63,693 nt of DNA, filler included, from an uncultured Methanosarcinales archaeon (GCA_964645415.1; 6 parts of 6 records of this genome joined end to end with filler, not necessarily neighbours in it); one strand, 5' to 3'; positions 1 through 9,412 are shown, counted from the whole stretch's first letter. Notes: generated from the sequence alone by a model not told the origin. Made by a program: numbers and translations.

Positions 1-793
1 ACATTCTTCTAAGCATAACTATCTTATAATCACTTCTTGTATCATCTAAAATAACGTCTTCAACATTCTTAAAAGGAACAACATACAACTTAATTTCTCT
101 TTGAATTTTAGTAAGCTCTTTTGAAATAATTTCTATATTTTTAGGAAGGTCAGATTTTTTCCCACTTAAAAAATGAACTAAAACAACATCAAGACCTCTT
201 TTCATACCTAAATAAGCTGCAACAGGACTATCAATACCACCAGAGAGAAAAGAAATAACAGAAGAGGAAGAAACTCCAACAGGTAAACCACCAAGACCAG
301 AAATTTTCTCACCAAAAACATAAGCATAATCATAGCCTATTTCAATGTTAACTTCAAGACCATAATTAGTTAAATCAACTTCTTTAGATTCAGGTAAAAA
401 TGTTCCAACTTTTCTTTCAATTTGTGGTGATTCTAATTCAAAACTTTTATCAATTCTTTGACAACTAACTCTATATTTATCAGCAGAGCTTTCTTCAAAT
501 ACTTTTTTACAATAAGAATAAATTTCATCCATTTCCTTTTCAACTAAAAATGTTTTACTAAAAGAAACAATACCAGGAGTATTTTTCAAAATAAGATTAA
601 TTACTTTAAAGTCAAATTCAGAAGTTTCATTAGGATAAAGATAGATACGTCCTCTTACTTTTTTTATATCTGCATCAATCTCTTTTAAATTTAACTTTTG
701 TCTTATATTTGAAATTAATTTATCTTCAAACATATGACGATTTTTCTTTTTTAATGCAATCTCCCCATATCTAATAATATAAGCGTAATTCAT
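1..793 (-). CDS. thiI: tRNA 4-thiouridine synthase ThiI (3' end runs off the window)
   Basis: Not in the ORF track. Read manually: ATG at 793 overlaps the cbf5 stop; MNYAYIIRYGEIALKKKNRHMFE..., GLGGLPVG and PP-loop FLSGGIDSPVAAY. Confidence 0.93.
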   Translation of the reverse strand, partial: MNYAYIIRYGEIALKKKNRHMFEDKLISNIRQKLNLKEIDADIKKVRGRIYLYPNETSEFDFKVINLILKNTPGIVSFSKTFLVEKEMDEIYSYCKKVFEESSADKYRVSCQRIDKSFELESPQIERKVGTFLPESKEVDLTNYGLEVNIEIGYDYAYVFGEKISGLGGLPVGVSSSSVISFLSGGIDSPVAAYLGMKRGLDVVLVHFLSGKKSDLPKNIEIISKELTKIQREIKLYVVPFKNVEDVILDDTRSDYKIVMLRRM

Positions 794-1770
794 TTTTTCT
801 TCATTTTTGGAAAATGGTCTTCATCCATTAAAACTTTATCAATAGTTACTGCAATTCCTTTCTTTTCTTTTAAAATTGATTTAGTATTTTTTCTTGCTTG
901 ACCAATAGCAACTAATTCTCCTTTTAATGTCATTATTGCAACATAAGCAGATTTTTCAAAGTCATTAAGTTTACTTATTCCAGGGATAGCTAAAGGAGAA
1001 CCATGTGCAACATACCAAACAGATGAATCTTTAATCCATACTTTTGGTAAGTTCTGAACAATTACTTCTGCAGGGAGTATTTTTTCTCTAATATATTTCT
1101 CCTCACCATTTTCTTTAAATTCTTTATAAGCATCATTTAAATCAACTAAAGAATATGCATCTGATTCATTAAAATGTGCAACTTTAGTTCTTCTAAGTTC
1201 TTTCATATGAGCCCCAGTACCTAACTCTTTTCCAATATTATGACACAATGTTCTAATATAAGTACCTGCTTCAACACCAGTTTTAAATAGAGCATATCTA
1301 CCTTCAATTTCAAAAATATCAAGATAATAAATTTTCCTTTTTCTTTTACGTCTTTTAACAGCACTTTTAACAGGAGGGATTTGTGTGACAGTACCAACCC
1401 TATCATTTAGTATATCTCTTATCTTATTTTCACTAACTTTTTTATGAAGATACATTAAAGTAACATATTCTTTACCCATACTTAATAAGTACTCATTCAA
1501 ACGAGTAGCCTTCTTTGTAGCAACAGGCAAGACACCAGTAACTTTAGGATCTAATGTTCCAGAGTGTCCACTTTTGTCAACATTAAGTATTTTTTGTACA
1601 TAAGAACTAACTTGATGACTTGTTGGTCCACTAGCTTTATCAACAACTACAACACCAAAATTGATTAAATCTTCAATAGATCTATTATGAGGTTCAACAC
1701 CAAACTTACCTTCAGATTCTTCTTTAAGCATAACAGTATCTTTCCAATCATTATTAATTAATTGATTCAT
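790..1770 (-). CDS. cbf5: H/ACA RNA-guided pseudouridine synthase Cbf5 (TruB family, PUA domain)
   Basis: DKASGPTSHQV, GHSGTLDPKVTGVL, GTYIRTL, ELRRT and a C-terminal PUA-like region. Confidence 0.95.
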   Translation of the reverse strand: MNQLINNDWKDTVMLKEESEGKFGVEPHNRSIEDLINFGVVVVDKASGPTSHQVSSYVQKILNVDKSGHSGTLDPKVTGVLPVATKKATRLNEYLLSMGKEYVTLMYLHKKVSENKIRDILNDRVGTVTQIPPVKSAVKRRKRKRKIYYLDIFEIEGRYALFKTGVEAGTYIRTLCHNIGKELGTGAHMKELRRTKVAHFNESDAYSLVDLNDAYKEFKENGEEKYIREKILPAEVIVQNLPKVWIKDSSVWYVAHGSPLAIPGISKLNDFEKSAYVAIMTLKGELVAIGQARKNTKSILKEKKGIAVTIDKVLMDEDHFPKMKKK

Positions 1771-1859
1771 ATATAAAAGAAAAAATTAAAGTTATAAATA
1801 GATTTTGAAAAACAAACTTACAAAAAGAATAAATATAAAAGATTATTTTTCTTAATAAT

Positions 1860-2504
1860 ATGTGTTTTTCAGCTCAGGCAAGTTTTACTGCTTCAGGAAT
1901 TTTATTATTAGTAGGAATCCTTACTATTCAAATAAATAAAAGAAAAGAACTTAAGATTTTATCATTAATGCCTTTATTATTCTCAATACAGCAATTCTTT
2001 GAAGGTATTTTATGGTTAACTCTTCAAAATGAAGTACTACCAACAATACAAACAATATCAAAAGTAATATTTTTAATATTTGCAATACTTATTTGGCCAG
2101 TTTATGTTTCATTATCATTAGAAAAATTAGAAAAGAAAACATTAAGACAAAAAATTCTAAATACAATTTATAGATTTTCAGTAATTTGGTTTATTGGAGC
2201 ATCAATATATATGATTTTATATGTACCTTCTGCAGAGATATGTGAAGGACATATTGCTTATTCAATTCCGATTTCAGGGATTATTGCCACATTTGCATTT
2301 TTCACATATTTTATCTTTACAATTCTTCCATTTTTTATTACTTCAAATAGAAAATTAAATTATTTTGGGATAGCAGTAATAATAACAGCAATAGGAGCCT
2401 ACTTATTCTATTCAGCATATTTTACTTCAGTATGGTGTTATTTTGCTGCAATAATTAGTATGTTTATCTTATATATAATTAAATTAGAAAATGAAAAAGA
2501 TTAA
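1860..2504 (+). CDS. Polytopic membrane protein, DUF6629-like
   Basis: MCFSAQASF N-terminus, PLLFSIQQFFEG and FTSVWCYFAA motifs; about 7 hydrophobic segments. Confidence 0.7.
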   Translation: MCFSAQASFTASGILLLVGILTIQINKRKELKILSLMPLLFSIQQFFEGILWLTLQNEVLPTIQTISKVIFLIFAILIWPVYVSLSLEKLEKKTLRQKILNTIYRFSVIWFIGASIYMILYVPSAEICEGHIAYSIPISGIIATFAFFTYFIFTILPFFITSNRKLNYFGIAVIITAIGAYLFYSAYFTSVWCYFAAIISMFILYIIKLENEKD

Positions 2505-2506
2505 TT

Positions 2507-2776
2507 TTACTTTTTAATTTCAAACTTATTAAAACTTTTATAATTTATTTTTTCAAAATGAACACTTTCTACATTAGAATAATTAGAACCATCACGTAAA
2601 GTATTTAATAAAGCATTAAATAAACGATCATCTAAGTTAGCCACAACCTCAACTCTTCCATCATTTAAATTTTTGACATAACCTTTAATTTGATTTTTTT
2701 TAGCATATCTAGAAACAAAAGCTCTAAAGCCAACTCTTTGGACTTTGCCTTCAATTAGAAATTTATAGGTTTCCAT
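2507..2776 (-). CDS. acyP: Acylphosphatase
   Basis: GKVQRVGFR and GYVKNLNDGRVEV signatures. Confidence 0.9.
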   Translation of the reverse strand: METYKFLIEGKVQRVGFRAFVSRYAKKNQIKGYVKNLNDGRVEVVANLDDRLFNALLNTLRDGSNYSNVESVHFEKINYKSFNKFEIKK

Positions 2777-2790
2777 AAAAAACACCTAAT

Positions 2791-4329
2791 CTAATTTTTT
2801 GTTTTTGATTTCCATAATTCAATTAAATCAATAAATTCTTTTTTGTTATCAAAACCTTCTAATAAAACAGCTAACTTTTTATTTTCACTAGACTCAAGCC
2901 ATCTTAAGATTTGGTTTTCATTCTCTTTAAAGACTTCATTAAAGTTGTTTTCATTAGTATATTTAGCACAATAATATAAATCATCAATATTATTAATTAC
3001 ATTACCATTTAATTTAATTTTAGATGAACTTCCAAACGACCTTTTATTTATCTCTTCTTCAATTTTTTCAAAAACATCTTCTTCTAATTCAGGAAGAATA
3101 TTATCTGCTAATTTTTTTATAAAATCTTTATCATGAAAGTTCTCAACAATTAAGTTTTTAATATCTTCATTAAGATGAGAAAGTTCACTTAAGTTATTTA
3201 CAACTGATTCAACATGATTTTTTTTATTACCTTGATTAGAAGAATTAACTTTACCAAGGTGTTCATTTCCTCGAGAAAGATACTCATTCTTTGCACCATG
3301 AGGGATATCATATTTTTTTGAAGAATTAGAATCAATAGTTCCTATATCTACTTCTTTAGATTTTCCCGAAATACGATCTTCGATTTTAATCCTTCTTTTA
3401 CTTTCATTATTCTTTTTAGTACTAACTTCATTAACAATTGATTCTTGAGTATTATTATGTTGATTAGGATGATTTTGTGACAAATTATCATTGTTAGGAT
3501 TATTTGAATCAGAATTATTGTTGTTAAAAGATGTATTATCATTTAAATTATTAGGATTACTTGAGTTAGGATTATCATTAGGATTGCTAGAATTATCTCT
3601 TCTTAAATTGTTTTTTTGCATATCATTTTTATTAATCTCATTTTGGTTATTTCTATTAAGATTACTATCCTGATTTAAGTTATTATCATTATTACTATCA
3701 ACATTATTAGATCTATTTTGACCTTTAGATTTAATTTCATTTAATATTTCTTTATGATTTTTTTTCTTCATTTCTACATGTTTTTTATTATTTGGAGAAT
3801 TATTAGTTTTATTTTCTGAAGATGTTACAAAGGGATTATATTCATTAGTTACTAGTTCATACAATCCAATAAACTTTTCTAATTTTTCTTCTAAATCACC
3901 AATCTTATCCTCATAAGATTTATTTCTTGCCTTAAATTCATCGATCTCTTTTTTATTATCTTTAATATTTCTCTGCATTTGTTTAATTTTTTCATCAAGG
4001 TCATCAACTTTTTTATCTAAAGAAGAAGTTAAATTAATTAGTTCTTTAACTTGTTCCATAACAAGATTTGTTATACTTTCAACTTTATGAAGTTTAGATA
4101 TGTCAATCGAAGTTTTATTATTTTGATTAGAACGAATATTTTTTTGATTATTTGAAGCACTAGAACTGCTAGAGGAATTTTTATCATTTTTATTTTTTAA
4201 GTTATTATCTTTGAAAATATTTTTTTTATTTTCTTTCTCTCTTTTCTTCTCTTCTAGCTTCCTTTCAAGAGCATCAAAATCAATGTCCTCATCGCCATCC
4301 TTTAATTGTTTTAAGAAATCAGAAATCAT
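2791..4329 (-). CDS. Archaellum accessory ArlC/FlaC-like coiled-coil protein with long Asn-rich linker and C-terminal DUF5752-like domain
   Basis: Coiled coil ending in LYELVTNEYNPF (FlaC-type YExVxxxxNPF); low-complexity N-rich middle; archaellin gene nearby on the same contig. Confidence 0.6.
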   Translation of the reverse strand: MISDFLKQLKDGDEDIDFDALERKLEEKKREKENKKNIFKDNNLKNKNDKNSSSSSSASNNQKNIRSNQNNKTSIDISKLHKVESITNLVMEQVKELINLTSSLDKKVDDLDEKIKQMQRNIKDNKKEIDEFKARNKSYEDKIGDLEEKLEKFIGLYELVTNEYNPFVTSSENKTNNSPNNKKHVEMKKKNHKEILNEIKSKGQNRSNNVDSNNDNNLNQDSNLNRNNQNEINKNDMQKNNLRRDNSSNPNDNPNSSNPNNLNDNTSFNNNNSDSNNPNNDNLSQNHPNQHNNTQESIVNEVSTKKNNESKRRIKIEDRISGKSKEVDIGTIDSNSSKKYDIPHGAKNEYLSRGNEHLGKVNSSNQGNKKNHVESVVNNLSELSHLNEDIKNLIVENFHDKDFIKKLADNILPELEEDVFEKIEEEINKRSFGSSSKIKLNGNVINNIDDLYYCAKYTNENNFNEVFKENENQILRWLESSENKKLAVLLEGFDNKKEFIDLIELWKSKTKN

Positions 4330-4347
4330 ATAGAAAAGTATTATTTT

Positions 4348-4370
4348 TGTTTTATAAAAGTTATTTACTA
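4348..4370 (-). promoter_or_regulatory. Candidate archaeal TATA-box promoter, duplicated upstream of both arlC-like paralogs (second copy 4968-4990)
   Basis: ttgttttataaaagttat(t/a)tacta occurs at the same distance upstream of both ATGs; no SD motif, consistent with leaderless mRNAs. Confidence 0.55.
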
Positions 4371-4385
4371 TTTATTAATAAGAAA

Positions 4386-4949
4386 TTAATCATCATTATT
4401 TTTAATCAAGTCTTTTAATTTTTTAAAATCAGAATAAAGAACATGTTTCAATTTCTTTCTATCTCTTTCATAAAATTTAATGAATTTTCTAAGATTATTA
4501 CCTAAAAAATTGATTTTGTCTTCATAAGATTTTTCATTTAATTGTGTTTTATTAATCATTTCTTGATTTTTATTAACTCTTTTCTCAAGTTTTTCTATAT
4601 TCTTATTAACATCTTTTAATTTTGAATTCAATGATTTAGTTACATTTACAAGTTCTTTAATTTCATCAATCATTAAATTACTTATACTCTCAAGTTTATA
4701 TAATTTAGAAAGATGTATGTCACTATCTTCTTTTAATTCGTTCTTTTTCTTTCTTCTTTCAGAATGTTTTTTTTTCTTTTTTAAAATATTAGTTGGATTT
4801 AAAGACCTAACTAACGATTTATTTGAATTATCTCTATCTTTTCTTTTTTTCTCTTGTAATTTCTTTTCTTTTGCTAATAATTTTTTCAAACCTTCAATAT
4901 CCTCTTCATCTCCTTCTTCAACTATTTTTTCAATATAATCAGAAATCAT
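4386..4949 (-). CDS. Truncated paralog of the N-terminal coiled-coil part of 2791..4329 with a UDG-derived tail
   Basis: MISD start, SKLYKLESISNLM versus SKLHKVESITNLV, KSYEDKI shared; ends LYSDFKKL like the UDG at 5272. Confidence 0.7.
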   Translation of the reverse strand: MISDYIEKIVEEGDEEDIEGLKKLLAKEKKLQEKKRKDRDNSNKSLVRSLNPTNILKKKKKHSERRKKKNELKEDSDIHLSKLYKLESISNLMIDEIKELVNVTKSLNSKLKDVNKNIEKLEKRVNKNQEMINKTQLNEKSYEDKINFLGNNLRKFIKFYERDRKKLKHVLYSDFKKLKDLIKNNDD

Positions 4950-5076
4950 AATATAACATTAATCTATTGTTTTATAAAAGTTATATACTACTAAAAAATA
5001 ATTAATAAAATCAGGAATATATTAGTAAACTTTTTATATACTCTTCTGATTCATAATTTGTGAGATGGTTTTAGGT

Positions 5077-5195
5077 GGGGGTATGGTGTAACCTGGCAGC
5101 ACTACTGGCTCCAGACATTGGAGCTCTGATTTCCGAGATGATGGATAAAAGCTGGGAGTTACCAGTGGATCTGGGTTCAAATCCCAGTGCCCCCA
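5077..5195 (+). tRNA. tRNA-Trp(CCA) with 46-nt intron (5115-5160) at canonical position 37/38
   Basis: Acceptor GGGGGTA/TGCCCCC, anticodon stem ACTGG/CCAGT, CCA at 5111-5113, T arm CTGGG-TTCAAAT-CCCAG; bulge-helix-bulge with CTCC/GGAG central helix. Confidence 0.95.
5115..5160 (+). ncRNA. Intron-encoded box C/D-type guide RNA predicted to target tRNA-Trp C34
   Basis: Guide TTGGAGCT (5118-5125) is complementary to GGCTCCAG of the anticodon arm; CTGA box at 5126-5129; C-like box ATGATGG at 5138-5144. Confidence 0.7.
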
Positions 5196-5271
5196 TATTA
5201 CTTCTATGAAAATAAAAAAAATAAAAAATAATTCAATACGATTAAAATAAGAAATAATTTGATTTTCTTAG

Positions 5272-5895
5272 TTAATTAATATATTTCCTTAATTTTTTAA
5301 AATCAGAATAAAGTGTATCTTCTAAGCTCCTTTGATATAACATTGCAGCAGGATGATACATTGGGAAAATATCAATTCCTTCAATTTCTCCTTCACTCTC
5401 AAAAACAGTTCCATGTATTTTTGATATACCACTAACTTTACTCATTCCTTTTGTTTTAAATCCAGAAAGAGCAAATTTTGTTGCAAAATTTCCTAAAGTA
5501 ACTACAACATTAGGATCAATTACTTTAATTTGTCTAATCAAATAAGGAGTGTGTTTTTTAATTTCATCAGGTTTTGGGTCTCTATTATTAGGTGGCCTAT
5601 ATTTCAATATGTTTGCAATATAAACATCATTAATTCCTAAATTAATAGTTGAAAGCATGTCATCTAATTGTTTTCCTGCTTTTCCTACAAAAGGTAAACC
5701 CTCCAAATCTTCATTCTTTCCTGGAGCTTCACCAATAAAGAAAATATCTGCATCAATATCTCCTTTACCAAAAACTAAATTTTTTGCATTATCTTTTAAT
5801 TCACAAATTAAATTATTTTCAATATCATCTATAATATTATCTAACTTTTCTTTTTTTGGAGAATTTTTATAATCATTTAAAGTATTTTGACCCAT
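5272..5895 (-). CDS. Uracil-DNA glycosylase, family 4
   Basis: GEAPGKNED, PFVGKAG, RPPNNRDP and YHPAA motifs. Confidence 0.92.
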   Translation of the reverse strand: MGQNTLNDYKNSPKKEKLDNIIDDIENNLICELKDNAKNLVFGKGDIDADIFFIGEAPGKNEDLEGLPFVGKAGKQLDDMLSTINLGINDVYIANILKYRPPNNRDPKPDEIKKHTPYLIRQIKVIDPNVVVTLGNFATKFALSGFKTKGMSKVSGISKIHGTVFESEGEIEGIDIFPMYHPAAMLYQRSLEDTLYSDFKKLRKYIN

Positions 5896-5981
5896 TATAA
5901 TCACATAAAAGAAAAACGATAATAATATATTAATATTATTAAATAGAAAAAGAAAAAGTATAAAAGAAAATTAAAAAAAAA

Positions 5982-6965
5982 TTAAGGCCATAACTTAAGC
6001 ATTGTTGAAGCAATAGAATCAGGTGTTCTAACTTCTAAATCAGTAATAGAACCTCTTTTTGGAATAAACCTAAGTTCAAAATTGGTATCTTCAGGAATTA
6101 CATTTTCTTCATTAAGAGCATACTTAACAATAGCAATCTCACCAGATTCTAAAATAGTATCATCGTCACCACCAACTTGGAAATCAACACAAAAGAATCT
6201 TTCAGGAATTAATGTATCAAAAGAACAATCACGATTATTTGGATCTTGTGGAAATTCACTAATAAAGACATCTAAGTTTTCATTTTCTAATGAATCACTT
6301 GTCACTTCACCATTAATTGTTAAAAAAGACCAAATATTTCCAACATCATCTTCTAAAGGTTCATCAACAATATTAAATTCAATTGGCTCTGAATCAGTAG
6401 CATCACCTAAATGATGATTTAAAGAAAAGTTAATAGTTACATCATTACTTAATTCTAAAATAAAAGAATCACCATTTGCTTCATCTTCATGGATATAAAC
6501 TACTTCTGAATCACCATCATCAACAATAGGATCTATTAAAATTTCCTCATAACCAAGACCTTCAATAGAATAACCTTCAAATGCACTACCAGAATCATAA
6601 TCATAAAGTGAATCCAAAGAATAGTGTTGAAGATTTGCACCAAAAGAATAATCATCTGTAATAAAAGTAAAACCAGTAGTATCAAATTGAAGAGGATAAG
6701 AACCAGCTCTTAATCTAGTATATATCTCCATTTCTTTAGCAACATTATTATCTAAATCAGCATTAGCTGTAACTGCAAAAACATCAACTGCAGTAATAAT
6801 TTGTTGTCTTGTTTCAGAACCAACAACATAAGCTTGTTGTTGTAAAACATTAGAAGTTCGAATAATAACTCCTGCAGCAACAGCAGCAACTAAAATCATT
6901 GCAATAAATATAATTAAGGTACCAATTCCAGTGATACCTTTTTTGTTAAAAAAATTATTAGCCAT
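5982..6965 (-). CDS. flaB: Archaellin (archaeal flagellin)
   Basis: Class III signal peptide KKG|ITGIGTLIIFIAMILVAAVAAGV; C-terminal D..LESGE motif; acidic variable region. Confidence 0.92.
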   Translation of the reverse strand: MANNFFNKKGITGIGTLIIFIAMILVAAVAAGVIIRTSNVLQQQAYVVGSETRQQIITAVDVFAVTANADLDNNVAKEMEIYTRLRAGSYPLQFDTTGFTFITDDYSFGANLQHYSLDSLYDYDSGSAFEGYSIEGLGYEEILIDPIVDDGDSEVVYIHEDEANGDSFILELSNDVTINFSLNHHLGDATDSEPIEFNIVDEPLEDDVGNIWSFLTINGEVTSDSLENENLDVFISEFPQDPNNRDCSFDTLIPERFFCVDFQVGGDDDTILESGEIAIVKYALNEENVIPEDTNFELRFIPKRGSITDLEVRTPDSIASTMLKLWP

Positions 6966-7105
6966 TTAATTCCCTCCAAAGGATTAGTTTTTAAAAATAA
7001 AGTACTATCATATAAACTTATATAGATAAATGAATATAATTATTTATAAGTTTTTTGGTGAAAAAGAACTAAATTTAAATAATAAACATATCTTTCTTAT
7101 GCATA

Positions 7106-8083
7106 ATGTTTTCTAATTTCAAAAAAAAGATAAAGAAAAACTTTGGAAAAGAAGATCCTAAAGAAGATGAAAAAATCGAAGAAAATGAAAATGATGATAA
7201 AGGGTTATTCGGAAAAATTAAAGATAGTATTAAGAATACAGAAATTGATGAAGAAAAATTCGAAGAGATATATGAAGAAATAAAAATACTTTTACTCGAA
7301 AATAACATTTCTTATGAAATTTTAGAAGATATTAAAACCAATTTAAAAAAATCTATGTTAGGGAAAGAACTTAATAGATTTAAATTAAAAGAAATAACTA
7401 AAGAAACATTAAAAGATTCAATTTATAAGTTTTTAGAGAATTCAAAACCTAAAGATTCTCTATTAGAATTAAAAGAAGAAGGACCAAAGAAAATCTTATT
7501 TTGTGGAATTAATGGTAGTGGAAAAACTACAACTATTGCAAAGATGTCTAAAAAACTAAAGGAGGAAAATAAAAGTTGTGTCTTAGTTGCTGCTGATACG
7601 TTTAGAGCTGCAGCAATTGACCAAATAGAAAATCATGCTAAAAAGATAGGTGTTAAACTAATAAAACATGATTATGGTTCAGATCCTGCAGCAGTTGTTT
7701 ATGATGCAATTGATTATTCAGAAGCTAAAAATAAAGACTTTGTCTTAATAGATACTGCAGGAAGAACGAATATGAATGAAAATTTAATTAATGAATTAAA
7801 AAAGATATCAAGAGTTTCAAAACCAGATAAAACAATTCTTGTTGTAGATTCTTTGGTTGGGAACGATATAATTGACCAAGCAAAAAAGTTTAATGAATCA
7901 ATCGGGATTGATGGAATTATAGCGACAAAAGTTGATTCTAATAAAAAAGGAGGAAGTATTATCTCTGTATCTTATTTATTGAAAAAACCGATTTATTATT
8001 TAGGAAATGGACAAGAATATGAAGATTTAATTGAATTTGATCCTAAATTAATTGTAGATGAAATTTTTGAAAATGAAAAATAA
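7106..8083 (+). CDS. ftsY: Signal recognition particle receptor FtsY
   Basis: GINGSGKTTT, DTFRAAAIDQ, DTAGR, TKVD and GNGQEYEDL motifs; no SRP54 M domain. Confidence 0.95.
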   Translation: MFSNFKKKIKKNFGKEDPKEDEKIEENENDDKGLFGKIKDSIKNTEIDEEKFEEIYEEIKILLLENNISYEILEDIKTNLKKSMLGKELNRFKLKEITKETLKDSIYKFLENSKPKDSLLELKEEGPKKILFCGINGSGKTTTIAKMSKKLKEENKSCVLVAADTFRAAAIDQIENHAKKIGVKLIKHDYGSDPAAVVYDAIDYSEAKNKDFVLIDTAGRTNMNENLINELKKISRVSKPDKTILVVDSLVGNDIIDQAKKFNESIGIDGIIATKVDSNKKGGSIISVSYLLKKPIYYLGNGQEYEDLIEFDPKLIVDEIFENEK

Positions 8084-8084
8084 A

Positions 8085-8720
8085 ATGAAAAAAGATATGG
8101 AAAGAGTTGAAAAAAAATTTAAAATAAACTCTAGTAAAAAAATTTCTCAAGGTGCAGAAGCAATAATATTAGAATCTAATGATAAAATTATAAAATATAG
8201 GTTGCCTAAAAATTATCGTATAAAAAAGATTGATAATAAGTTAAGAAAATCAAGAACAAAAAGAGAGTTTAAAGTATTAAAAAAACTTAGAAAAAAAATT
8301 AATGTTCCAAAAATCCATGAAAAAAGTAAATATGTAATTATAATGGATAAAATTAAAGGAAAAAAAGTTTCTTCAATAAAAAAAATTGATGATTATACTT
8401 TAAAAAGAATAGGTTCTAATATGGCTAAAATGCATAAATCAGAAATAATGCATGGAGATCTTACAACATCAAATATGATATTAGACAATAAAAAAGTATA
8501 TTTTATTGATTTTGGGCTTTCTAAGTTTTCAAGAAAAATTGAAGACTATGCTGTAGATATTCATTTATTAAATAGAGCTCTTGAAAGTAAGCATTTTGAA
8601 AATTTTCCAGAGAATTTTGAAAAAATCATTAATCAGTATAAAAAAGAGTATAAAAAATCTAAAGAAGTATTAAAAAGATTAAAAATAGTAGAAAATAGAG
8701 GAAGATATAAAAAAAACTAA
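8085..8720 (+). CDS. bud32: KEOPS complex kinase/ATPase Bud32
   Basis: QGAEA, LRKSRTKRE, HGDLTTSNM, IDFGL, EDYAVD and C-terminal RGRY; start codon uncertain (8058-8097). Confidence 0.92.
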   Translation: MKKDMERVEKKFKINSSKKISQGAEAIILESNDKIIKYRLPKNYRIKKIDNKLRKSRTKREFKVLKKLRKKINVPKIHEKSKYVIIMDKIKGKKVSSIKKIDDYTLKRIGSNMAKMHKSEIMHGDLTTSNMILDNKKVYFIDFGLSKFSRKIEDYAVDIHLLNRALESKHFENFPENFEKIINQYKKEYKKSKEVLKRLKIVENRGRYKKN

Positions 8721-9391
8721 ATAATTAATTCCTTTAAAGCTTCTTTTGGATTATCAGATTTCATAACTTTTGAAGCAACTAATACTCCATCTGCACCAAG
8801 CTCAATACTCTTTTTAACATCTTCTCTGTTCTTAATTCCAGCACCAACTAAAATAATCTCATCTGAATTTATTTTAATTATCTTTTTAACAGATTCTTCA
8901 ATTATTTCTGGTTTTGCAGAACTAACAGAAACATCACCACCAATTAATTCTGGAGGTTCAACTGCAACAGCATCAGGTTTTAAGGTACTAATTGCACTTC
9001 CAACATTTTCATCATTAGCACAAACTATTGAAATTAAATTATTTTTATTTAACCTTTCAATCATTGTTTCAATCAAATCTAACCTAACTCTATTTTCAGA
9101 ATGATTAATTAAAGAACCACAAGCACCACTAGAATTAATTTGATTAGAAGTAACAAAGCCAGTATGTGATCCATCACTAAATTCAGATACTGATTGAGAA
9201 AAAACAGGAATATTAACATTAGAAGAGATACGATAAAGTTCTGTATGAGGAACAGATATAATTATATTTGCATCTTCTTCATTTGAAACTTCTTCAGCAA
9301 TCTTTGCAATTTCTAAAGCATCATCACCATATGATGTACTATATGCTTTATAATTAATAACATATATTGGTTTTTTATTTAATATTGACAT
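8717..9391 (-). CDS. tpiA: Triosephosphate isomerase (archaeal type)
   Basis: INYKAY, LINHSE, AVEPPELIG and GAGIK motifs. Confidence 0.95.
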   Translation of the reverse strand: MSILNKKPIYVINYKAYSTSYGDDALEIAKIAEEVSNEEDANIIISVPHTELYRISSNVNIPVFSQSVSEFSDGSHTGFVTSNQINSSGACGSLINHSENRVRLDLIETMIERLNKNNLISIVCANDENVGSAISTLKPDAVAVEPPELIGGDVSVSSAKPEIIEESVKKIIKINSDEIILVGAGIKNREDVKKSIELGADGVLVASKVMKSDNPKEALKELII

Positions 9392-9412
9392 AATTTCACC
9401 TTAATTTAGTAT

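Larger units (their letters stand above)
4415..5313. repeat. 25-bp perfect direct repeat (4415-4439 and 5289-5313) flanking tRNA-Trp
   Basis: ttaattttttaaaatcagaataaag is identical at both positions and encodes LYSDFKKL in both minus-strand genes. Confidence 0.85.

Noticed and set aside
4415..5313. Integrated virus or plasmid at tRNA-Trp
   Set aside because: The direct repeat is not part of the tRNA, the segment is under 1 kb and there is no integrase; kept only as a duplication finding.
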